A stretch of DNA of 64,000 bases, from positions 40,758,573-40,822,572 of the forward strand of contig NC_068985.1 in assembly GCF_001194135.2 (NCBI RefSeq), given 5' to 3'. The notes beneath the pieces are model-generated. The model saw only the letters and a list, made by a program, of their open reading frames with translations, had not been told where the DNA came from and made no database searches. The number at the start of each line of letters is the position of its first letter. The stretch's first letter is position 1. Position numbers and translations under genes: made by a program. The stretch is from Octopus bimaculoides. Its lineage: Eukaryota. Shown in pieces: positions 11,914 through 22,477 of the stretch.

Positions 11914-12117
11914 AATACTATGATGGCATCCACCAGCAGAAGCTGTTCTACTGCATGTCAACTGTATTCTAAGCCATGCATTCAACCTTCTGAGCTACAA
12001 GTCGATTGTGCATTGAAGAGCACTGTGAGAAATAATGAGTGCTTAGTTTGTCAGCAAACCTTTAAAAACGAGGCAGATTTGAAAGAACATCAGAAGAGAT
12101 ATCATTTAAACAAATGA
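11914..12117 (+). CDS. Last coding exon with C2H2 zinc finger (CLVCQQTFKNEADLKEHQKRYH), stop TGA
   Basis: Poly-T tract plus cAG at 11912-11913. Phase 0 gives 67 aa containing C-x2-C-x3-F-x5-L-x2-H-x4-H. Confidence 0.8.
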   Translation, partial: NTMMASTSRSCSTACQLYSKPCIQPSELQVDCALKSTVRNNECLVCQQTFKNEADLKEHQKRYHLNK

Positions 12118-12946
12118 GTATATGTATAACTAGTGTGGTTAGACACTGCTTTTTTTCTGTGTAACACATCAAAGTGCACAGTATGCTCTCACAGACCATA
12201 GCATCATTCTGTATTGACTTGTGATGCAAACATTTTTACCGAAACTGACTGAAGGTGACAAAATCCAAATTCCTGGATTTTAGCATGAAGCCATAGTATG
12301 CAAGTAACGATTCACACATACACACACGCACGTGCACACACACACACACACAGGTATGCATATGAGAAGCCTTTTTTCAGCATCCATATACCAATGTTCC
12401 ATTCACTCACAAGGCTTTGATTGGCCCAGGGTTATAGAAGTCATGCACTCAAGGTGCTGTACAGTAGGATTGAACCCAAAACTACGTGGTTTGAAAGGAA
12501 ACTTTCTTTTCTTTAACCATAATGTGTGTGTTTGACTGCATGGCTGTGTGGTTAAGAAGCTTGCTTCCAACCATGTGGTCCCCACTGCATGACACCTTGG
12601 ATGGGTGTGTTCTATAGCCTTGGGCTGACCAAAGCTTTGTGAGTGGATTTGGTAGATGGAAACTGAAAGAAGTGTGTTGTATATATATTTATATGTGTCC
12701 CTTGTTTCCACATCGTGTGATGATGGTAAATAAGCATCACTGTCATACAAGTGATGCTGTTCATTTTTCTGTTCTCTGTCATGAAATATTACTTTGCTTG
12801 GAATAGGAAGGATATTTGTCACATTGAAAATTTGCTTCAATAAATTCCATCTGCTCTACCATTCAATCACAAATAAGACAACTTTAAATGAATAATAGGT
12901 TACACACACACATAATATACATACACACACACATATATACACATAG

Positions 12947-12983
<37 letters not shown>

Positions 12984-13023
12984 AATAAATGGAGTTAAAC
13001 GCAGCTGTTATTCAAATTCTTTT

Positions 13024-13112
13024 ACTTCCGACACATGTTTCGAAGATATCACTGGTATTATTCCAAAGGAATAAAATAATGTAAAACAATGTAATCCTCT
13101 CTTCAGGGAAAT
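13024..13112 (-). ncRNA. Minimal type-I hammerhead ribozyme (left arm, minus strand)
   Basis: Mirror image of 13459-13547. The stem III loop is ATGT instead of ACGT. Confidence 0.7.
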
Positions 13113-13458
13113 GAAGAAATGAAACTCGTCAATAATACATTTTAACAGAATATGATGGATATGTATAGTGATTAACTGAATGCTGTTAAGTTTGTTTTAA
13201 AATAACATTAGAAGATATAACGTCAAAGGTAGCCTATAGAATGAGGAGGGGTAAAGGAAGCATGGTTGGAAGCAAGCTTCTTAACCACACAGCCATGTAG
13301 TCAAACAGACTTTCCTTTACCCCTCCTCATTCTATAGGCTACCTTTGACGTTATATCCTCTAACATTATTTTAAAACAAATTTAACGGCATTCAGTTAAT
13401 CACTATACATATCCATCATATTCTGTTAAAATGTATTATTGACGAGTTTCATTTCTTC

Positions 13459-13547
13459 ATTTCCCTGAAGAGAGGATTACATTGTTTTACATTATTTTAT
13501 TCCTTTGGAATAATACCAGTGATATCTTCGAAACACGTGTCGGAAGT
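13459..13547 (+). ncRNA. Minimal type-I hammerhead ribozyme (Penelope/retrozyme type)
   Basis: atttcc (13459-13464), CTGAAGA (13465-13471), stem II gaggat/atcttc, GAAA (13530-13533), C-ACGT-G-T-C, then ggaagt (13542-13547). Predicted cleavage 3' of C13541. Confidence 0.8.
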
Positions 13548-13876
13548 AAAAGAATTTGAATAACACCTGCGTATAACTCCATTTATTTATTTATATATAT
13601 TATACAAAATATTTCACGTAAACCTGGAGTTTCTACCTTTAATAACAAGGAGCTGCACCCTTTTTTACTTGTGTGATTTTTTGCTACCCTGATAACTATT
13701 TNNNNNNNNNNNNNNNNNNNNNNNNNNNNNNNNNNNNNNNNNNNNNNNNNNNNNNNNNNNNNNNNNNNNNNNNNNNNNNNNNNNNNNNNNNNNNNNNNNN
13801 NNNNNNNNNNNNNNNNNNNNNNNNNNNNNNNNNNNNNNNNNNNNNNNNNNNNNNNNNNNNNNNNNNNNNNNNATAT

Positions 13877-13917
<41 letters not shown>

Positions 13918-14763
13918 CATACATACACATATATACATACATGCATACACATATATACATACATACCTATCATATCTATATATATACATATCATACATTC
14001 ATATCTATACCTATATATATATATATATATACATACATGATGGCTGTCCACTCGTGACCGAGGAAGACCATTGCCGACCTTCAGGAACATTCTGCGCTCT
14101 AGTACTAACTTACATTTTGCATTTACGGGTCCGTTGGTGGCTAATGAGCCCTGCTCTTGATAACTATCACATACATACATACATACATACATACATATCA
14201 TCATACGCACATATATATGGAGTAGAGTGCATTTATGGCCTAGGTAATTTGCAAAATTTAAGCAGAAACAAGCTAAGAGAAATAACATAGTCCTTGATGG
14301 AATGTATTTGATCAACAAACATAGGCATTCACAAGTCTGTTAAATACCACACAACATAAATTTTTGATTTTATTATCTCTGCCTCGGGAGGCTGTGTCAT
14401 GACTACCAAATGGCAATTAAGACTGTTCTCTTATCTCCAATAAGCCTGTCTTTTTCTTTAATGGCCTATCAAGTTTGGAGAATTCTTGATTTTTTTTGAG
14501 ATCATCTCCCCTTACCATATGAAGCTGATCTTAATTGCTTTTTGGTAATTATGACCCATCCTAGGGGTAGAGATAATTTTAACGAATCCACAATTTATGT
14601 TGTGTATTATTTAATATACTTGTAATTGTCTATGCTGTTCCAAAACATGCAACAGATCACTCTTAATTATGCAAATTACCTAAGCCATAAATGTATTTTA
14701 CTCTTTTTGTATATGTTGTATATGTCTAAGTCTTGACTACCAGCTGTTAAGTGGGACAATTGC

Positions 14764-14803
14764 CATGCTGATGATGCCTACTGGGGCAGAAATACATTCC
14801 ATG
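14764..14803 (+). ncRNA. Hammerhead-like motif with degenerate stem III
   Basis: catg CTGATGA tgcc-tactgg-ggca GAAA tacat TC catg. Stems I and II are perfect 4 bp, position 15.2/16.2 is a U.U mismatch. Confidence 0.5.
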
Positions 14804-15959
14804 ACTGTCTTCTTATTTATAGACAATAAACCTGTGCTTTGACTTAACAGCATGATAACTTTTGAGAATCCTTGTTTCTTCTGGCTATGTTTGCTTCTCA
14901 TATTGATCTGGCTTTAATTGCTTTTTGCTAATTATAATACATCCTCTACAGGTGGAGATAATGCTAATAAATCTGGACTAAGAACCTTTGTGGGATAGTT
15001 TTTAATATACTTTTGTGTGTCTGAGTGTGTGTGGGTGTATGTTCACACACACGGGTTTGTATGATTCTGTGTATAAGAATATATTAATCAATGAAATTCT
15101 AACCTCATCTGATTTTCACATTTTATTTTTTACAATTTTACAATAATATATGAATAGAATATGATATATTTATTGTGATAAAACTAGTACTTTTACATAC
15201 ATACATACATTGATTGATGGAGGCGACTGCAGGTCATCAGTATCACTCAGGCTCATCACAGATTTCGCATAAGACACATGCCTGCTTGAAGAGTTTCACA
15301 TTTTTTTGCTCTATTTCTAGCTCCAAATGGCTTATTTTTTATATCTAGTACTATGTTAAGGGTAAAAATAAAGCAACACTGCAAAACACAGCTGATCTTT
15401 ACACACAGACGCACAGAATAACAGCAATCAAATAACGACAGTGGAGTGCACAACAAACATCGGCGATCTGACTGTCACCTGTATTCTTGACAAGAGATGC
15501 CAGTTAGCCTTTTACACCTTCCAGGCTCATTCATATTAGCCCGAGTTGCTGCATAATTTTTTGTTCTTTTAAGAATATTGTAGAATGGAAACTTTTCATA
15601 TATTGCAATTTAAATCCTAATCTCTGAAAAAATTTATTGTTTCAAGGAAACATTGAATTTGAATTACTTTTAATATTTATGATTATAGATAACAACTCAG
15701 GCTGTAATTTCTGAGCCCAAGTCAGGCACATGCAAATGATGTCGAGAGAACGTTTGCTACAAATGATATTTTTTGACACTGGGCACCTCTAAGAGACACT
15801 GAACGAAAATAACTGAACTGCGACCCTGCTCAATAAAAGGAGCCCAAGTTATTGGCTGCAATTACATACTTGAAGTCAGTGTTGGCACAAATTAAATCAG
15901 CTTGCAAATACACATTCACTTTACTAAATTCATACTCAGGCTAAGCCTGAACAGCCTGA

Positions 15960-15999
<40 letters not shown>

Positions 16000-16042
16000 G
16001 GTCAATGACCTAAAAGTGGCTTGTTATGGATTGGGACTGTTT

Positions 16043-16325
16043 TTGACCATTTAACACCCTACTACTATCATACTACCTACATTCCTTCTTATTCTCCCAT
16101 CTCTTTCTCCTTCTTCGTCTTCTTCCTCTCCACCACCTCCTTCCAAACTTTACCACTATTGCTGTTTAGAATAACACCTACCCAAATTTGATAAACAAAA
16201 CATTCAAAAGAGATGTCTCAAGAATTCAGTCACTACTACCATCCACAACTGGTTACTTTCAGGGCACTTGACCATTTAACATACTACTATCATGGCACTC
16301 CCACATTCTTATTCTTCTTCTCCCC
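16043..16325. repeat. ~222-225-bp unit repeat (1.3 copies), second locus at 31005-31290
   Basis: ttgaccatttaaca at 16043 and 16268, acattcaaaagagat at 31037 and 31259. Both loci share ctgtttagaataacacctac and other blocks. Confidence 0.8.
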
Positions 16326-16426
16326 CCCNNNNNNNNNNATGAGAGAGACAGAGACAGGCAGAAACAAGGAAAATGCCCCTTGTATTTGAATACTATGCAA
16401 ATATTCTTTTAAAAAAACTTTTCTTT

Positions 16427-16665
16427 TAGAAATAATACATTTCTAAATCTCTCAGAGAGATTTATGCAGTAGTGATGCGATAAAGTAGTTGTATGCTGTT
16501 AACTTAATGTGACAGCCCCAAGAAGTGGTGCTGCTTCCTACAGCTAAATAGCAGTAGTATTATTCCCTTCATGGGACTGTCACATTAAGTTGACAGCATA
16601 CAACTACTTTATCGCATCACTACTGCATAAATCTCTCTGAGAGATTTAGAAATGTATTATTTCTA
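16427..16665. repeat. Inverted repeat: arms 16427-16520 and 16572-16665, 51-bp spacer
   Basis: Hand alignment gives 92/94 matches. Confidence 0.95.
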
Positions 16666-16753
16666 TTTTTGAAATCAGTTAATGTGTTTTACTAGAATTA
16701 TTATATGTTTACAAGAGCTTGACAGGCATCTCCAACTAGTAGGCCATTGCTAC

Positions 16754-16797
16754 TCCAGACTGATGACAAGCAAAGACTCAGAAACATGTCTTTGGAT
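16754..16797 (+). ncRNA. Hammerhead-like motif with decayed stem II
   Basis: tccaga CTGATGA caag-caaaaga-ctca GAAAC at GTC tttgga. Stem I is 6 bp with one G.U, stem III region ACATGT is palindromic, only 2 of 4 stem II pairs remain. Confidence 0.5.
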
Positions 16798-17649
16798 GCC
16801 GACTTAGCTAAGTGGAGGTGCTTGTCTCCCCCTTGTAAACATAAGGACACAGGAAATGTGTCAAGGCCGACAGGAAGCGGTGCTGCTTCCTATGGCTAAA
16901 TAGCAGTAGTATTATTCCCTTCATGGGACTGTCACATTAAGTTGACAGCATACAACTACTTTTCTTATAATTTTTCCCAAATTCAATAGTTTTCCATACT
17001 TACAGTTGAAAAATGTCTCAATGACTGAAACCAGCACTGAAATGTTTTTTATAAAACAATTTTAGCATTTTCTACCTTGACTTTTTTATACACACACACA
17101 CACACACACACACGCGCACGCACACACACACACACACACACACACTGCTGTGTTTGGGACTAAATAACATGCAAACCCCGACAATTTTTATTATAATTTT
17201 ATAAAAACCAAAAAAATTTCTCCTTCCTCGAACTGTTGCAGTACTATTGAAATCTTTGTCTCTATAATGAATGTTAAAAGAAAACTGACCAATTGTGGTT
17301 AAAATGTTTATAATTACTGTATATTTAATTAAATGATTTGTTTCTTTGTATTTAATAAAATAAAATGATTCTACCAAAATAGAATGCAATTCAAAGTCTC
17401 AATTTATTTGCTCCTTTGTGTGGTGCATAAATATATGTGTGTGCCTGTACACACACGCAGTTACATACTTGAATGCTTATTTACATGTAGACGTTACTCC
17501 TTTACTCTGTCAGAAACAGATTATCAGATGCTCAGTTCATCATTCTCACTTTACTCTTCAAACATCCAAATGATGATTTTATTCCTAACATGTGATTCAG
17601 GTGAGAGTCAGGTGTAGAGGCATGTGCCATTACAGAACATTGCTGCATC

Positions 17650-18110
17650 CACCACTTTCAGTATATTCCTGGGTCCTCCCAAGTGACCCATTTAGCAGAG
17701 TCCCAGTCAGTCCTCATCTCTGTGAGATACCTCCTCATCTGTTGTGACCATGTGATATGTAGTTGACCAATATGAGACATCAATCCAGCCTGATCCTCAG
17801 TGAAGAGAACTAGGAAACAAGATCTAGCTTGGAACATCGAGCAACATAGCCAAACTGTCTCAGCTGGCATCCTCATATTGTACAAGAAACCAGATGCATC
17901 CTAGTTTCTGAGTATTGGTACTAAAGGAGTTCAGGCAGCTCCTAAAGTCCTGGACAGTGTCCAAATCTCACAACTATAGAGCAAGACAGAGGTGACCAGA
18001 GACCTATAAACCTGAATCTTTGTCTTGCTTAGATGTCAGCAGTGCCAAACAACCTTGTCCAATGAGTCCACAGTTGCACTATGTTGTCCAAGTATTTTTC
18101 TGGAGATGTG
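17650..18110 (-). mobile_element. RTE-clade LINE C-terminal fragment
   Basis: Minus strand SLDKVVW..TKIQVYRSLVTSVLLYSCEIWTL, with stops. Confidence 0.75.
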
Positions 18111-18829
18111 CAGTATACTTCCTTAACTGATTGGAACATGTGATTGGTAACCATTAATATTTATATAGGTGGTAAACTGGCCAAATTATTAGCACACTGG
18201 GCAAAATACTTAGCAGTATTTCATCTGTCGTTATGTTCCGAGTTCAAATTCCACCAAGGTCGACTTTGCCTTTCATCCATTCAGGGTTGATTAAATAAGT
18301 ACCAGTTAAGCATTGGAGTCAATGTAATTGACTTAATCTCTTTGTCTGTCCTTGTTTGTCCCCTCTATGTTTAGCCCCCACCCCCAGTGGGCAATAAAGA
18401 AATAAATATTTATATAGTCCTTCATGAACTCTGCTTCTATCATAAACATTGGCACTACCTTTCGTAAATAGATCATCATCATCATCATCGTTTGCTAAGG
18501 TAGATTTTGTTGAGGCTCAAAACATCCAACTCCACTTCTAATTAGGTCACCTATGTAATAAAAGCTATCAAGAAGCTCCAGAGAGCTGTCTGGGCATTTG
18601 AGAGAATCAATTTTATATATGTTCTTTATGCTTGCTGCATTTGTACTGTATATATATGAGGTCTACATTTTCTTTTAGTCTGCCCATGATCCCACCACAA
18701 CTCTTGTGCTTCCATAATTTATACAAATACACCATATAGAATTTCTACCTGTTCCTTTTTTTTATCTGTATACCAAGCATGGCCATTTCCATGATGGTAG
18801 ATGATCTTGTATTCTTTCCTACATTTTAT

Positions 18830-19790
18830 GCATAAGTTTTAGCTAAGTTTTCTTTGAAGTCCTTTGATTCCAGGTTTTGCTTCCATGTCTGAAATGTTTT
18901 CTCTAAATCTAGATTTTCATATAAGAATTATTTCATCAGCACACAGGGATTTCCATAGACAGTCAATCTTAAATACCACTGTTATGGTTTGGAGCTCTAA
19001 AATAAACAAGACTGAGCCTTGATAGACTCCTGCATGCATGCTAAATTCATTGTTAAACTCATTGCTGACTGTACTTCTGTACATGGCTTGTACAACCATC
19101 ATATGCTTTATTTATCTCTAGTTTCTTTAACAACCAGATTACAGAACATGGAATCCTGTCAAAAGCCTTCTCTGGATTGACAAATGCTTGATACATGGGC
19201 ATATTTCTAGCTAAGAACTTCTGCTGTTGTCTCACAAGGATATAATGTTGGTGGTGCTTCTTCTTGGCATGAATCTACGCTGTATTTCAACTAGGCTAAT
19301 TCTGTTCCTAATTAATTGTACTACAACTTTTTCTGTAACTTTAATATCTTGCTCCAATAATTTGATACCTCTGTAATTGCCTTTCTCTTTCTGGTACATC
19401 TCCTTTACTTAGGAACAATGATAGTAACACTGTCATTGTTATTGGGTATGTCAGCTTTCTGTATTATGTAGTCTGATTGGCTATGCAAATGACTAAGACA
19501 TGCCCTACTTTGTCAAATATTTTAAGCAGCCTAGTGACAATCACTGTCTTTCCATACTTGCCTTTTTAGGTCTATAGTGCTATCTTCATTACTATTCTAC
19601 CACCATGTCACCTTCTGTTCAACTGAAACCTTACACCATAGATCTGGCCTGTAGCCTTCAGCAGGTTGTCTCGAAGAACCTCTAGCTGTCCTCTGTTGGA
19701 TACGTCTACTCCTTCCATTTGTCATATTTGTCAACTAGAACTTCCTTGAACCTGTGATTGGTCAAGAGCTCTTTCACCTTTCATGTGTTG
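18830..19790 (-). mobile_element. RTE-clade LINE reverse-transcriptase fragment
   Basis: FMPRRSTTNII, AFVNPEKAFDRIP, GVYQGSVL and LCADEIILI (YADD-like). Confidence 0.85.
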
Positions 19791-21721
19791 TGTTGTGTTG
19801 TGTGTGTGTGCTATTTATAGATGGATGTATATATTGTCCATGGGTACAGGCAACAAGTTCATAACAGTACTCATTATTAAAGGTTAAGAAGGTGGTGAGC
19901 TGGCAGAATCGTTAGCACACAGGGCAAAATGTTTAGCGGCATTTCGTATGTCTTTATGTTCTATGTTCAAACTACCGAGGTCGACTTTGTCTTTTATCCT
20001 TTTGGGGATCGATAAATTAAGCACCAGTGAAACACTGGAGTCGATGTAATCGACTTGTCCCCCCCCCCCATTTCAGGTCTTGTGCCTTTAGTAGAAAGGA
20101 TTATTAAGGGGTAAGAGTTGTTTACAGTTATTGCTGTCAGCACCTCACATCTTGTTATTCGAATTTCACGTTTTCAGACATCATACTGGAATAAAAGTAA
20201 AGATTTTCGCTTCTTAACACTCTGTTTCAGATTCGGTCCCACATTGTTGTACCTTGATCGAGCGTGTTTTACTCTTGACTCAAGTTGACCTATGCCTTAT
20301 GAGAAAATTTGGAAGACGGAAACTGTACAGATGACCTCTGTATATATGCATATGTGTGTCTCTGTTTCAATGTTTACGATCATATTCTGTATTCTAGTCG
20401 CTGGACGAAGAGAAATCGATGAAATAAATACCAGGCCTTAGAAATAAGTACTACCGTTATGATCAGTGAAATGTATGAAGGCCAAGAAAAATTAAAAAGT
20501 CTACGAAACAAAATTAACGGCAAAACATTTTCAAGGGAAGTAACTCATATAAGAGTTGCCTCCCATGAAGTTTGTAGCTTAGTCGACTGAAGAGTAAGCA
20601 GCGGTGTTATTCAAAAAAACTGCGCCTTTCAATATTAATGTATGATGCAAACGGTTATTTGTCTTTTATATTTCCAAGTCACCACAAAAGATTCGATAAC
20701 ATTTACAATTAATCTCGCCCGTGAGCGTCACTTTTTATCAGCTCCAGTGTTTCACCCCTCTGTTTTTCTGGGCATACCATTTCTATGTAGGTCAATTCCA
20801 CCAGCCGTTAGAAAAATAACAGATTGCAGTAGAATGCCTTGTACTTACCATGGATTCGTGTCCCATGACTGAGTTACAGTTAATGGAAAAAATCATTATT
20901 CATCATTGTTTTTACATGTTATTTTTCATGCTGGCATGTGTTGGGTGAAATTTTTTTAGGCAGTAATTTATGACTGGATATCCTTCTTCATGCCCCTTAT
21001 GATATGTAGTGTAATAATTTAAAAAATTAGGATCCCCATAATTACTATTAAGAATAAAGCATAATTAAAAGTTATTAATGTAAGGCGGCAAGCTGTTAGT
21101 GTGTCGGATAAAATGCTTAGCAGCATTTCTTCTGGCTCTTCATGGTCTGAGTTCAAATCCCATCAAAGTCTACATCACCTTTCATCCTTTTGAGGCCAAT
21201 AAAACAAAGTACCAATCAAGTATTGAGATCGATATAATTGACAACACTTTACTCTGGTAATTGCTAGCCTTGTGCCAAAATTTGAAAGAATTATTGAAAG
21301 GCAGCAAACTGGCAGAACCATTAGCAAGCTGGATAAAATGCTTAGTGCCATTTCTTCCAGCTTTTCATATCTTGAATTCAAATTCTGCCAAGGTTAATTT
21401 TACTTTTCATCCTTTTGTGGCTGATAAAATAAAGCACCAGTTAGTTCCTGGGTCAATGGTATCAACTTATTCCCTCTTCTCAAAATTGTTGGCTTTGTGT
21501 CTAAATTAGAAACAAGTATCATTTAAAGTGATGGTGAGCTGGCAGAATCATTAGTGTCATTAGTGTATAGGCAAAGATGCTTTGTAGCACTTGATTCAGC
21601 TCTTATATTTTGAGTTCAATTTTAGCTTTCGTCCTTTTGGAGGTCGATAGAATAAAGTACTGAAGTCAACTAACCTCCTCTCCTCAAAAATCCTGGCCTT
21701 GTGACAAAATTCAAAACAATT

Positions 21722-22010
21722 ACACTGTGTAACATGATTTTTGTTCTTAGGTAGCAACTGTTATTTCCTATTTGCTTACCTCTAGAAAGTATGAAAAATG
21801 GCTAATATTTCCTTCAAACTTTGCTTTTGTTACATTTATTCAAACCCCAAAGAATCCCTCTCAACACATGGGTATGATTCTCCTCCAACTACTCCTGCTC
21901 ACGATCAGAGATGCACATGTTATCAGTCACTAGGGGACATGCTCAAGTATTTAAGGCCAAGCAACTGACAAGCAAATTTGTGGCAGTGAGCAGAATATTT
22001 GCTATAATGA
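21722..22010 (+). repeat. Unclassified interspersed repeat (~290 bp)
   Basis: tacactgtg..gaaagtatgaaaaatggctaata..aaagaatccctctcaac..cagagatgcacat recurs at 47428-47710 and partly at 43920-44070. Confidence 0.8.
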
Positions 22011-22477
22011 AATTTTTGCTTCAGCAACTCAGGGCTAAATCTGTCTGTAATGTAATGAAAAACATGTCAGTTTCAAAACATTGATGTCCAGGTGATAAAA
22101 GCAAAGTTTGAAGGGAATTGTTGTCATTCCTTTTGATTTCTAGATAGAAGCAACAAAGGAAATAACATTGACCAAAGACAAAAAGAACAAAAATTTGTTA
22201 CAGTGTTGTTATTATGATTATTATATTGCATTCATATGGAAAATCAGAAGAATATCAGATTAAAAGCTTTGTATGCAATGTATTCAAATTCCATCAGAAT
22301 CAACTTTGTCTTTCATTTTTTTTTTTTGTTGGGGTGGGGGTTGATGTGGCTACATAACAATGTTAGAAATTGTAATTATTTTGGTTAAGAGTCAGAATAG
22401 AATGCTTCGTAGTATTGTGCTAATCATATTTTGAGGGCAATTTAATTGACCATACAAAATATATTGTGCAATATATA

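Larger units (their letters stand above)
12981..13590. repeat. Long inverted repeat: arms 12981-13259 and 13312-13590, 52-bp spacer
   Basis: Hand alignment gives 271/279 matches and no indels. Confidence 0.97.
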
